Under the pieces are notes generated by a model. That model was not told the DNA's origin and ran no database searches. It saw only the letters and a program-made list of their open reading frames with translations. From positions 134,800-198,799 of the forward strand of contig JACPDA010000004.1 in the NCBI GenBank assembly GCA_016184225.1: a stretch of 64,000 nucleotides of DNA, written 5' to 3'. The translations under genes and the position numbers were made by a program. Positions 19,353 through 28,569 of the stretch are shown in pieces (within the stretch, counting starts at the first letter, position 1; each line of letters opens with the position of its first letter). The stretch is from Candidatus Daviesbacteria bacterium (GTDB taxonomy: Bacteria > Patescibacteriota > Microgenomatia > Daviesbacterales > UBA10151).

Positions 19353-19431
19353 TGTCATTGCGAGCGATTAGCGTGGCAATCTTAATTAATCAAGATTCCC
19401 ACGGGTCGAAGTATCGACCCTCGGAATGACA
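19353..19431. mobile_element. Intergenic GTCAT-tagged hairpin doublet
   Basis: TGTCATTGCGAGCGATTAGCGTGGCAATC ... GATTCCCACGGGTCGAAGTATCGACCCTCGGAATGACA. Confidence 0.8.
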
Positions 19432-19432
19432 T

Positions 19433-20419
19433 TTAGGGTAGTTTTAATTCTCCCCCAAAATTTTCCTGGTATCTTTTCCGAAACTCTTCAATTGTGAAAG
19501 TGTGATTAGTTGTACCATATTTTTCAATGGCGTAACAAGCAGCAATAGACCCCATTTGGGCGCAAACTTTCAAGTCTAAATCTTTGGTAAAGCCGGTTAA
19601 AAAGCCGGCCCGATATGCATCTCCGGCGCCGGTGGGATCCACCACTTGATTGAGTTTTCCAGCTTTAATTGACCACCTTCCAGGCAAAGACACCTCGGGG
19701 GTGGGCTTTGACTCCCCCGAGGTGGATATAGTTTTTCCTGTTTGGATGGTTGAGCCTTTTTCACCTAGGGTAGTAATCAGGATTTTAACCTGGTTTAACA
19801 GTTGTTCGTCATCCAGCATCAGTTTTTCTTTCAAAAGAGCAATTTCATAATCATTACCGATTAAAATTTCAGCCCCAGTTAGCATTTCCCGGAGGTCCCC
19901 CGGAGATAAGGCCGGCAGCTGCATGCCGGGGTCCAGCATATAAGGGATTTTTAAGCTTTGGCATTGCTGAGTGAGTTTCACCATAGCCTGGGGGTTGTTG
20001 GGAGAAATTACCACAAAATCAGTGGTGATGCCTTTTAGGGATAACTGAGAAGCATAGTCCATGGCTCCGGGATAAAAGGCGCTAATTTGATTATCAACTT
20101 TGTCAGTCATGATAAAAGCCGAAGAAGTTAAATTGTTTTGGGCGGTTTGAATTTTGGAAATATCCACTCCGGCTTTGACCAGAAACTGGGCATACTCAGT
20201 AAAATCCACCCCGGCCATGCCAACTATACCCACAGGAGTTTTTAGCAAACTTAAATTATAGGCAATATTGCCGGCTGTGCCGCCTTTTTGTTTGGTTAAA
20301 GTGTTAACTAAAAAGGATAAATTGATCTGGTGGATTTTATCCGGCATGATGTGGTCGGAAAATTTGCCCGGATAATCCATGATATGATCAAAAGCGAGTG
20401 AGCCGGTAACTGTGATCAT
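19433..20419 (-). CDS. PfkB-family carbohydrate kinase, probable adenosine kinase
   Basis: GSLAFDHIM, GGTAGNIA and DPTGAGDAYRAG motifs; directly upstream of ahcY. Confidence 0.88.
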   Translation of the reverse strand: MITVTGSLAFDHIMDYPGKFSDHIMPDKIHQINLSFLVNTLTKQKGGTAGNIAYNLSLLKTPVGIVGMAGVDFTEYAQFLVKAGVDISKIQTAQNNLTSSAFIMTDKVDNQISAFYPGAMDYASQLSLKGITTDFVVISPNNPQAMVKLTQQCQSLKIPYMLDPGMQLPALSPGDLREMLTGAEILIGNDYEIALLKEKLMLDDEQLLNQVKILITTLGEKGSTIQTGKTISTSGESKPTPEVSLPGRWSIKAGKLNQVVDPTGAGDAYRAGFLTGFTKDLDLKVCAQMGSIAACYAIEKYGTTNHTFTIEEFRKRYQENFGGELKLP

Positions 20420-20775
20420 TTTGTTTCTCCGCTAATGAAGGTTATTTTACCAAAAAGAGAACGTTCGGAACTTCTGGTAAAAAGGGCTGTTAATTTCTTG
20501 TCAATATCATCTTCGCTTAAATTTGTGGAAACACCCACGATCCCTGTGGTATTGCTAAACTCTACAAAATCCACAAAATCTTTGACATTAAATGTTACTA
20601 CGAGCATATGATTTTTAGAAGCAAATTGGAAAACTTCCCAATCAGACCACCCTTTTTGTTCAGGGTTTTGCAGAATGTGTTTAACAGTGAATTTTTTATT
20701 TAACCTGGGAAGATATGAACGCACGAAGAAATTCTCGTCAAGGAGAATTTTGTGTTTGAAAAATTTCGCCCTCAT
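20416..20775 (-). CDS. DUF5615/PIN-like toxin
   Basis: ILLDEN, SDWEV and VVTFNVKDF motifs; downstream of a DUF433 gene. Confidence 0.8.
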   Translation of the reverse strand: MRAKFFKHKILLDENFFVRSYLPRLNKKFTVKHILQNPEQKGWSDWEVFQFASKNHMLVVTFNVKDFVDFVEFSNTTGIVGVSTNLSEDDIDKKLTALFTRSSERSLFGKITFISGETK

Positions 20776-20986
20776 CCTTACTAGTATCTATCTTAGTGGC
20801 TAACTCCGCAATAGCCCCTTTGAATACTTTTTTGGGAACCCATGGGTAGTGATCGTGAATCTCATCGATAGTATACCCTTCGGAGACCATATACAGAATT
20901 CTTTCCATAGGCACACGGGTACCGGTTATAACCAGCGCCCCGCGCATGATGGTTGGATTAGATGAAATGTAGGAATATTTTTTCAT
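20738..20986 (-). CDS. DUF433 antitoxin-like protein
   Basis: NPTIMRGALVITGTRVP..I......G.TIDEI..HYP. Confidence 0.88.
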   Translation of the reverse strand: MKKYSYISSNPTIMRGALVITGTRVPMERILYMVSEGYTIDEIHDHYPWVPKKVFKGAIAELATKIDTSKDEGEIFQTQNSP

Positions 20987-21220
20987 ACCCTAATTATACA
21001 CCAGTTATAAAGTTTTCCACAAGGTAGGCTAGGTTGCGAATAACCTTAAGTCGCAGACTATTTCAGCTTTTTAGCCTCAGAAATAGTATAAAATCCGCAG
21101 GCCTGCCCTGAGTGAAATCGAAGGGTATCAATACAAATCCTCCTGGGAGTCATTTAGACTCCCGTCCTTCGGACCCCCAAGGGTGGAAATTCCAACAAGT
21201 ATTTATGGTATCATCTGTGC

Positions 21221-21760
21221 ATGAGAGAGACAGAGGGAGATATTTTAAGGCAAGCGGAGTTAGTTTCAGAGGTAGCACAGGAACGGCGAGAAACTGGTTT
21301 TTTAGTCGATGTATCCATTGAGACTGCGGGTTCGCTCGTTCGCCGTTTAAGAACAAAACCACCAGAAGGTTTAGAGTGCAAGTTTTTAGATAAAAGATGC
21401 TGCAAAGGGCTCTATAAGAAAGTGAGAAAAGCGCTTAAGGGTTCACAAGATTCTAAAGATATCTCTTTTGTTCTAAACTACCAAGAGGCTGATTTTTTAA
21501 ATGCTAACTTGTTGGCAGAAATAGAATTTTACAGAAAAAGTGTACCCCGTACAATGCAAGCATTCCAGAATAATCTTCAGGAAATATATGGAGTGAGTGA
21601 AGAGGGGCAAGGGGAAAATGAAAGCGTTATAGGAGTAGTGAGTGAAGCAAATCTCCGGCTCCTTGTGGCAGCAGTGAATGATTTTAGAACACTGAATTTG
21701 GCTTTTATGAAAGCCGGAGGAATCACTCGCCCTGAGTTTTTACAATTTCAAGAGTTCTAG
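21221..21760 (+). CDS. Hypothetical protein
   Basis: 179-aa ORF preceded by TGGTATCAT. Confidence 0.6.
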   Translation: MRETEGDILRQAELVSEVAQERRETGFLVDVSIETAGSLVRRLRTKPPEGLECKFLDKRCCKGLYKKVRKALKGSQDSKDISFVLNYQEADFLNANLLAEIEFYRKSVPRTMQAFQNNLQEIYGVSEEGQGENESVIGVVSEANLRLLVAAVNDFRTLNLAFMKAGGITRPEFLQFQEF

Positions 21761-23538
21761 TTTTCTTTTGTACCCACCAAAAATACAGCCTGCCAGGGTT
21801 TGTAGAAGGATTTCCAGGTTTCATCAATTAAGGTCTGTCCATTCCTGGTGACTATCCTTTTAAAGCTGACATTGGCTCCCCAGGCGGCCCAGTCCACCTG
21901 TTTAACTGTGCCTTTAGGCAGTGTCGGATCATCTTGACGAAGTTCCGGAGGAGGTGGAGTTTGATTGGTCACGACCGGCTGGGTTAAGCTCACGACCCGG
22001 CCATCTGGCGTGCCATAAAGGTCAATATATAAAGTGGTGCCATAAGTATAGGCTTGGATTAAGATATGGGCACTGGTATCGTTTTTAAACTGGAAATCCA
22101 CACTGGGGTAAAAAACCGTCGCATCCAGGCCCGGCGGAAAACCCTGTTCATAGTAACCGACTCTATAGGCATGGGCAGTTCTTTTAACCACCGGCAGCCC
22201 GGCATTTAACACTGCTCTAAAAAGCGTGGTGGAATCCTGACAAACACCGCCCCCGTCATCTAAAACAGTTCTTCCTTCTTTAATAACATAGGCTTGTTTA
22301 AAACCTGTTTGAGCTGTGATATCACCCACTGTTTGATTAAAAGAAAAAATTTCGCCAGGAGGAACTAATACTCCGTTGATTTTTGAGGCGGTCAGGCCGA
22401 TATTATAGATCCTATTTTCGATTGACCCGGCAAAATTGGAAATCCCCCGGCCCAGCAGCTCCTTAATACCTAAACTATTTACATCGGAGGTGGCAATTTT
22501 AGGCTTGACAGTAGCAACCGGCAGGATAATAGTTTTTGGGGAATCGGAAGTTAAAGTTTCAGAGAGCAGCTTAAAGGTTTTGTCTATATCCAGCTTCCTT
22601 CCTTCTTGTGAGGGTTTAAAAGCAGTTACTCTTTTGGTGGCCGGATTAAACTCAAACAAGCCCTCCTGGACATTTTGGTCAATTTCAGCAGCAATCTTTT
22701 TGAGGTATACAGAGGTTTGATCTTTATCCAACAGCAGGCTATCCCCTTTAGTTAGATCCAGCAGAGTTAAAAGCTGTTTGGTATCCAAAACCCAGGTATT
22801 TGTGCCAAAGGTTAACTTAATTGGTTCCTGCATGGTTCCTTCCAGGGCTTGTTTGGCCCGGACTACCTGGTTAGTGGTAATAACAGGAGGGATAGTTTTA
22901 AGAGGCAGCTCTGAGTTGTATTGACCGGTTAATAAAAAATCCGAAATGACTTTTTCAACAGCATTTTTATCCAAAGCCAGGCCATCTATTCCTTCTTTGA
23001 TCTGGATATGGGCAGACGGGGTGCCTTCCGGGCTGGGTGTCTCATCAAAAATCAGCTGGGCGTTTTGCGGCGGCTTATCAATTAGGCTAGCTATATTATC
23101 AAGTTGTTTGTCTAAGGACAAGTTAATTTTGGGAGAGATTTTTGAAAGAAGGAAAATAGTTTGTATTTGCCTGCCAAGGCGGCTAATGAGTGATCCCTGA
23201 CGGTTTTCTTTAAAGGCCGATGTTAGCGCGGAATAATCTAGCGCAGCCGAAGAGGTGGCAATATCAATAGTGAATGAATCCTGATCAGTGGAAAAGGAGA
23301 GTTTCTGCTCTGCTCTTTTCTGGAATCTGGACTCAACCTTCCTGATTGCCTGTCCCTGTGTCAAAAAAGAGATATTAGTATCCCCCACAAAAGTTAAGGG
23401 TGAGTATTTATCCGCTATAACTATCTGATAGGTAATTACAGTCAAGATCACAAGCAATATAGATAAACCTATTGGCAGTAAGTTCTGCTTAACCAGACGA
23501 ATTAGATTGGGAGGGGATTTTTTCTTTTGCTTAGCCAT
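21757..23538 (-). CDS. VanW-family protein with YoaR/PG-binding region and C-terminal G5-like segment
   Basis: NRIYNI, GEIFSFNQ, GGGVCQDSTTLFRA, H...V.YY and GLDATV motifs. Confidence 0.88.
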   Translation of the reverse strand: MAKQKKKSPPNLIRLVKQNLLPIGLSILLVILTVITYQIVIADKYSPLTFVGDTNISFLTQGQAIRKVESRFQKRAEQKLSFSTDQDSFTIDIATSSAALDYSALTSAFKENRQGSLISRLGRQIQTIFLLSKISPKINLSLDKQLDNIASLIDKPPQNAQLIFDETPSPEGTPSAHIQIKEGIDGLALDKNAVEKVISDFLLTGQYNSELPLKTIPPVITTNQVVRAKQALEGTMQEPIKLTFGTNTWVLDTKQLLTLLDLTKGDSLLLDKDQTSVYLKKIAAEIDQNVQEGLFEFNPATKRVTAFKPSQEGRKLDIDKTFKLLSETLTSDSPKTIILPVATVKPKIATSDVNSLGIKELLGRGISNFAGSIENRIYNIGLTASKINGVLVPPGEIFSFNQTVGDITAQTGFKQAYVIKEGRTVLDDGGGVCQDSTTLFRAVLNAGLPVVKRTAHAYRVGYYEQGFPPGLDATVFYPSVDFQFKNDTSAHILIQAYTYGTTLYIDLYGTPDGRVVSLTQPVVTNQTPPPPELRQDDPTLPKGTVKQVDWAAWGANVSFKRIVTRNGQTLIDETWKSFYKPWQAVFLVGTKEN

Positions 23539-23576
23539 GCCGGTATTGTACCGCTTTAGGGTATAATTGACAAAGG

Positions 23577-23653
23577 AGCTATCAGCCTTCAGTCATCAGT
23601 CGTCAGACAATTTGTTTTCTAGTCTGATAGCTGACAGCTGAAGACTGACGACT
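23577..23653. repeat. Inverted pair of degenerate heptamer arrays
   Basis: AGCTATC/AGCCTTC/AGTCATC/AGTCGTC facing CTGATAG/CTGACAG/CTGAAGA/CTGACGA. Confidence 0.8.
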
Positions 23654-23657
23654 ATTA

Positions 23658-24944
23658 ATGAAAAAGATCATTATTATTGTTTTGAGTTTAAGTGTTGTTT
23701 TAGGATTCCTCTTTTGGAAATTCGGGCCGAGCATCTCCCTTTTTAATAAACCAAAACCAGAAGGGCCGACAACCTTAACTTATTGGGGCCTTTGGGAAGA
23801 CGGTAATTTGATCAAGCCGGTAATTGCCGAGTACCAAAAGCAACATCCGAATATTTCCATTACTTATGAGCGTAAATCATCAGTCAATTATAGAACTAGG
23901 GCTCAGGCTCAAATTAGGGAAGGAGTGGGGCCGGATATTTTCCGGATTCACAATTCCTGGTTACCGATGTTCCAATCTGATTTAGCCAGCGCTCCTCAAG
24001 AGGTATTTAGCACTGATGAGTACAAGAGAATGTTTTATCCGGTAGCCTCGGAGAGTTTCATTAAAGGCGATCAAATTTATGGTGCCCCTATGGAAATAGA
24101 TGGTCTGGCTCTTTTTTACAACGAGGAGATGTTGGCTGCGATCGGTGGCAAGCCGCCTAAAAACTGGCAGGAATTTATAGATTATGCGACTAAAATGACG
24201 GTTCGGGATGCCACCGGCATTAAAACTGCCGGGGCAGCTCTGGGAACCGCCGGCAATGTTGATCATTGGTCGGATATTTTAGGGCTACTGCTGTTGCAAC
24301 AACCTGGAGTGGATTTTAACAATGTGGCAACGCCGCAGGTAGCAGAAGTGATCAGATTTTATACCGGTTTTGTGACTGATCCAAAGAAAAAAACCTGGGA
24401 TGTTAATCTACCTAAATCTACTGATATGTTCGCCGCCGGAAGATTAGGCTTCTACTTTGCTCCTTCTTGGAAGGCGCATGAGTTGCGGGTAGCCAACCCC
24501 GGCTTAAAATTTAAAGTAGCGCCAGCGCCGCAGCTATCCGGTAAGACTGCAGGTTGGGCGACATTTTGGGGCGAGGTAGTCTCTAGCAAATCCCAAAATC
24601 CAACAGAAGCCTGGAAATTTGTTAAATACTTAGTATCTGCCGAGGCTGAAAAATTGGCTTACCAGGAAGCTGCAAAGATCAGGTTGTTTGGAGAGCCGTA
24701 TTCCCTGGTCAGCTTACAAGGTGAGTTGGCAGGGGATCCGGTGGTGGGAGCTTTTGTCAGCCAGGGACCGATTTATAAAAGCTGGTATTTATCATCCAAT
24801 ACTTTTGACGGAGGCATCAACGATGAAATGATTAAATATTGGGAAGATGGGATTAATGCTACCTTAGCCGGGACAGATCCAATGGCAGCTTTGCAAACTG
24901 TTAATCAGGGGGTCAAGCAGGTGTTGGATAAATATAAGCAATAA
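23658..24944 (+). CDS. Extracellular solute-binding protein (sugar ABC type), membrane anchored
   Basis: TLTYWG, PDIF, LFYN...L, PPKNWQEF and AWKFVKYL motifs. Confidence 0.85.
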   Translation: MKKIIIIVLSLSVVLGFLFWKFGPSISLFNKPKPEGPTTLTYWGLWEDGNLIKPVIAEYQKQHPNISITYERKSSVNYRTRAQAQIREGVGPDIFRIHNSWLPMFQSDLASAPQEVFSTDEYKRMFYPVASESFIKGDQIYGAPMEIDGLALFYNEEMLAAIGGKPPKNWQEFIDYATKMTVRDATGIKTAGAALGTAGNVDHWSDILGLLLLQQPGVDFNNVATPQVAEVIRFYTGFVTDPKKKTWDVNLPKSTDMFAAGRLGFYFAPSWKAHELRVANPGLKFKVAPAPQLSGKTAGWATFWGEVVSSKSQNPTEAWKFVKYLVSAEAEKLAYQEAAKIRLFGEPYSLVSLQGELAGDPVVGAFVSQGPIYKSWYLSSNTFDGGINDEMIKYWEDGINATLAGTDPMAALQTVNQGVKQVLDKYKQ

Positions 24945-24947
24945 AAT

Positions 24948-25271
24948 ATGCTTAAAATTGTTACTTTTGTGCCGGTAAAAGATGCAGAAAAAGTAAGGCA
25001 GGCCATGGGAGATGCCGGGGCAGGGGTGCTGGGAAATTATACCCATGCCAGCTTTTCCACCCGGGGGGTTGGCAGGTTTATTCCCAGAATAGGAGCAAAA
25101 CCAGCCATTGGAGAGATAGGAAGATTGGAAGAAGTAGAGGAAGAAAGAATAGAGATGATTTGTCAAAAAGAGAAGGTAAAAGAAGTGGTTGCAGTCATTA
25201 AAAGAGTCCATCCCTATGAAGAAATACCGATAGAGATTTATCAGTTGGTGGATGAGAATGAACTTATATGA
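24948..25271 (+). CDS. YqfO/Nif3 PII-like domain protein
   Basis: AGAG.LGNY, G.GRF.P..GA.P.IG and HPYEE motifs. Confidence 0.85.
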   Translation: MLKIVTFVPVKDAEKVRQAMGDAGAGVLGNYTHASFSTRGVGRFIPRIGAKPAIGEIGRLEEVEEERIEMICQKEKVKEVVAVIKRVHPYEEIPIEIYQLVDENELI

Positions 25272-25669
25272 TTAAGACTAAAATTGAATCTAGGGAGGCG
25301 GCAAAGAAATTGGGAGCTTATTCTCACGGATACAGCGTAGAAGTTGGTGGCGCCAAAATTATATTTACCACCGGCCAGATTGCTTTGGATAAAGAAGGAA
25401 ATGTAGTCGCGCCCGATAACATAGAGAAACAAACTGAATTTGTGTTTGAATCTTTACAGAATATTTTAAAAGAAGCAGGGGCCAGCCTTGATGATGTGGT
25501 AAAAGCCACCATTTATGTTACAGATATAAACGATTTCCCTAAAATTTCTCCTATTAGAAATAAATACTTTCAAAATTCCGAACCAGTATCTACTTTAGTA
25601 GAAGTCAGCAAATTAGTAAAAGAGGGATGTAAGGTGGAAATAGAAGTGATTGCTGTTAAAGAAAAATAG
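25268..25669 (+). CDS. RidA/YjgF family protein
   Basis: GQIALD, L..AGASLDDVVK and VEIEVIA motifs. Confidence 0.9.
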   Translation: MIKTKIESREAAKKLGAYSHGYSVEVGGAKIIFTTGQIALDKEGNVVAPDNIEKQTEFVFESLQNILKEAGASLDDVVKATIYVTDINDFPKISPIRNKYFQNSEPVSTLVEVSKLVKEGCKVEIEVIAVKEK

Positions 25670-25709
25670 TTAGTTACACTTAGTCGCTATAGCGATTTAT
25701 TGTAACCGG

Positions 25710-26189
25710 ATGTTGATGAAAAATATAAAAATTAGGAAAGCTGTTTTGAGTGATTTAAAGATTATTCAAGATTTAAGCCAGGAATTATTTGAACACGGTG
25801 CCCAGTGGGATAGATATTTTAATATGAGTTGGTCTCATGGCCAAGATGGAGAGAAATTTTTCAGAAAAGTTCTTACTGCTAAGAATCGTATCTGCTTTAT
25901 AGCCGATATAGATGGTATGGTAGTAGGGTATTTGGCTGCTTCGGTGCTGCCAATTCATTCATGGAGACCAGTTAAACGTACGGAAATTACTAACTTATTT
26001 GTTAAAGAGAAATTTAGAGGTATGAAAATTGGCACAAAATTGTTAGAGAGTTTTTTAAAATGGAGTAAAGAAAAAGGTGTTAAGCGAGCAGTGGTTGTAG
26101 CTAATGCGAATAATGCTAAAGCTATAATTTTTTATAAGAAAAACAGATTTTTACCTGAATTTGTTACTCTAGAAGGCGATATATTTTAG
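25710..26189 (+). CDS. GNAT acetyltransferase
   Basis: LFV...FRGMKIGTKLL and N..AI.FY motifs. Confidence 0.88.
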   Translation: MLMKNIKIRKAVLSDLKIIQDLSQELFEHGAQWDRYFNMSWSHGQDGEKFFRKVLTAKNRICFIADIDGMVVGYLAASVLPIHSWRPVKRTEITNLFVKEKFRGMKIGTKLLESFLKWSKEKGVKRAVVVANANNAKAIIFYKKNRFLPEFVTLEGDIF

Positions 26190-27211
26190 ATTAGTGGCGG
26201 TAAATTTATGAGTTGGACTTCGGGTTCTAAGGTAATGCCGAATTTTTCTTTCACTTTTTCAGCATAAATCTTGGCCAAATTATGAAACGCTTTGGCTGTT
26301 CCAGTGCCTTGATTTATAAACAGATTGGCATGGTAAGAAGCTATTTCTATACCATCTGATTTTTGGCCTTTGGCCCCGACTTCTTCCAGTAGTGCTCCGG
26401 CAGGAAGTTTTCCAAAAACTATTTTTTCCTGAGGGATATTTTTTAAAATTTCCGGAGAAACCTCCGAAGCCACTAAATTCTTGAAGAAACTGCCCGGGCA
26501 TTTAGTGCCGGGGGGGTATTTTATTAATCTTTTTGATAAAACATCCTGAGCTTCTTCTGCAAGGATTTTTGGGTCCCCCGGTTCCAATTGAAAAATGACT
26601 TCTAAAATAGTGTCTTTGGTTTTTTTAAAAATACTGTCCCGGTAGCTAAATTGACAAGCTTCTTTGGCCATTGTCATTCTGGGGAGCGGAGCGACACCAG
26701 AATCAGATTCTGGACAAGTCCCGATGGAATCGAGGACACTCGACAGAGTCGGTGCCAGAATGACAACTTCTGTTATATGGTCGGAGATTGTCTGGCCATA
26801 TGCCCCGGCATTGCCATAAATTGCCCCTCCAACAGTACCTGGAATACCGGTCAGCTTTTGTAAACCGGAGAGCCCATGATTAATGGCGTAATCAACCAGG
26901 TCTTGTAGTGGAGTGCCGCTTTTAATACTCACCATTACACCCCCGAGGTGTAACCGCATTTCTTCACCTCGGGGGTGAGTTGCTGAAATTCCGGTTATCT
27001 CATTCTTAATCACTAAACACTCTACCCCTTCATCAGCCACCAATAAATTACTGCCGCCGCCTATTATCAGATATGGCAGTGCCTGATCTTTAGCGTATTG
27101 GATAGCTTCTGTTAGCTCTTTTTGTGTGTTAACCTCTACAAATTTTTTAGCCGGGCCACCGATAGATAAAGTGGTTATGTTTTTTAATGGATAGTTTTCT
27201 TGAAATTGCAT
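26186..27211 (-). CDS. murB: UDP-N-acetylenolpyruvoylglucosamine reductase with two repeat inserts
   Basis: GGGSNLL, GIPGTVGGA..NAGAYG, FSYRDS, GSFFKN, HANLFIN and LEPEV. Confidence 0.96.
   Translation of the reverse strand: MQFQENYPLKNITTLSIGGPAKKFVEVNTQKELTEAIQYAKDQALPYLIIGGGSNLLVADEGVECLVIKNEITGISATHPRGEEMRLHLGGVMVSIKSGTPLQDLVDYAINHGLSGLQKLTGIPGTVGGAIYGNAGAYGQTISDHITEVVILAPTLSSVLDSIGTCPESDSGVAPLPRMTMAKEACQFSYRDSIFKKTKDTILEVIFQLEPGDPKILAEEAQDVLSKRLIKYPPGTKCPGSFFKNLVASEVSPEILKNIPQEKIVFGKLPAGALLEEVGAKGQKSDGIEIASYHANLFINQGTGTAKAFHNLAKIYAEKVKEKFGITLEPEVQLINLPPLI
26672..26765. mobile_element. GTCAT-tagged hairpin doublet in murB with a nested second repeat
   Basis: TGTCATTCTGGGGAGCGGAGCGACACCAGAATC-A-GATTCTGGACAA[36 nt]GCCAGAATGACA. 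Confidence 0.88.
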
Positions 27212-27241
27212 GTGGTTAATTATACATGGTAAATTAGCGAC

Positions 27242-28210
27242 ATGGAAAAAGCGATATTAAAAACACTTATTTATGCCGATATTTTTGATTATCCCTTAAA
27301 AATTAACGAAATCCAGAAATGGCTAATAGGTAAAAAAGCAACACTTAGACAGGTTGAATCGGCCATAAGCCGGTTAGTTAAAAATTCCAAGTTAAAAGTT
27401 CAAAGCGGTCATTATTTTTTGCCGGGGAAAACGGGTTTAGTGATGCAAAGAAAACGCCGGGAGAATCAGTCTGTTGAGTATTTCCGAAAAGCAAATATGC
27501 TCTGCCAAATTTTAAAAATTATCCCCTGGGTTAAATTGACAGGAATCTCCGGAGGCTTAGCTTTAGGTAATGCTTCTAAAAAAGATGACATAGATCTTTT
27601 TATCGTTACTGCCAGAAATCGCTTGTGGATTTCCCGCCTGCTGGCTTTAGGTGTATTGTCTCTGACGGGGCAAAGAAGAAAAGTTGGGGAAATGGGTAGA
27701 AAGATTGCCGGAAAGTTGTGTATTAATATTTTACTCGAAGAAGATAGATTAGAGCAAGAGAGTAAAGATATCTTTGTTGCACATGAGTTGTTACAGATGA
27801 AGGTTTTATGGCAAAGAGATGGGATTTATGTAAAGTATCTGGGAGACAATTCCTGGGCCTTTGAGTTTTTACCAAATTGGGTGGGTGTTGGGACAGTTCG
27901 TTTGGTCGCAAAAAAACGTTCGTACGGTAGAGACTTACTCACTTGTGAGGATTTTGTGAAAAGCCATGATAGTAAATCATTGAGTCAATCAGCACAAAAT
28001 CCTCAACATTTTTTGATTGACTCAAACTTCACTGTCCTTATTTGTGATTTATTAGAAAAACTGGCTAAATGGTGGCAGCTAAAGATCATGCAGGAGCCAC
28101 AAGGGATGGAGCGGATAGAAGATGGGGCGCTTTATTTTCACCCGCAGGACTGTAGGCTGCGGATTCTTTCTGAATACCAGCGGCGGATTAAAAAACTTAG
28201 CACCCCTTGA
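27242..28210 (+). CDS. Nucleotidyltransferase-like hypothetical protein with a 49-codon repeat insert
   Basis: Y.DIFDYPL and ISGGLA....DDIDLF (GS..DxD-type motif). Confidence 0.7.
   Translation: MEKAILKTLIYADIFDYPLKINEIQKWLIGKKATLRQVESAISRLVKNSKLKVQSGHYFLPGKTGLVMQRKRRENQSVEYFRKANMLCQILKIIPWVKLTGISGGLALGNASKKDDIDLFIVTARNRLWISRLLALGVLSLTGQRRKVGEMGRKIAGKLCINILLEEDRLEQESKDIFVAHELLQMKVLWQRDGIYVKYLGDNSWAFEFLPNWVGVGTVRLVAKKRSYGRDLLTCEDFVKSHDSKSLSQSAQNPQHFLIDSNFTVLICDLLEKLAKWWQLKIMQEPQGMERIEDGALYFHPQDCRLRILSEYQRRIKKLSTP
27891..28037. repeat. ~150-bp structured palindromic element, copy 2 (in-frame)
   Basis: GGACAG/CTGTCC terminal stem and TGAGGATTTTGTG/CACAAAATCCTCA inner stem; 147 bp. Confidence 0.85.
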
Positions 28211-28223
28211 CAAGTAGTGCTAG
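28197..28223 (+). promoter_or_regulatory. CIRCE (HrcA operator) overlapping the -35 of the groE promoter
   Basis: TTAGCACCC-N9-TAGTGCTAG versus consensus TTAGCACTC-N9-GAGTGCTAA; TTGACA at 28207 and TATAAA at 28231. Confidence 0.85.
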
Positions 28224-28249
28224 ATTTTGGTATAAATTGGTCCACATTT

Positions 28250-28567
28250 ATGGTCAAAGCTCAAAAAGGCGTTACAAAAGTTTCCATCAAGCCTTTGATG
28301 GGTTATGTGTTGGTGCAACCTTCTGAGGCAGAAAGCAGGACTGCTTCCGGTATAATTCTTCCAGAAAGTGCCCAAGAAAAACCAGCCCAGGGGATAGTTT
28401 TAGCAGTTGGTGATGATATGGTATTTGAAAACGGCAAAGTTTTGAAAGCTTCCGTAAAGCCGGGAGATAAGGTGGTTTATAAAAAATGGGGCGGAGATGA
28501 AATCAAAGTTGACGGGAAAGAATTAAAGTTAGTAAAATTCGACGACCTGATGGCAATATTGGAATAA
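28250..28567 (+). CDS. groES: Co-chaperonin GroES
   Basis: IKPL..YVLV, TASGIILPESAQEKP..G.V.AVG and VKPGDKV. Confidence 0.97.
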   Translation: MVKAQKGVTKVSIKPLMGYVLVQPSEAESRTASGIILPESAQEKPAQGIVLAVGDDMVFENGKVLKASVKPGDKVVYKKWGGDEIKVDGKELKLVKFDDLMAILE

Positions 28568-28569
28568 AT

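Noticed and set aside
19346-19432. SAH/SAM riboswitch upstream of ahcY
   Set aside because: The region is fully explained by a GTCAT hairpin doublet of the family seen elsewhere.
21012-21022. DnaA-box-like TTTTCCACA suggesting oriC
   Set aside because: Single imperfect box; no cluster or dnaA nearby.
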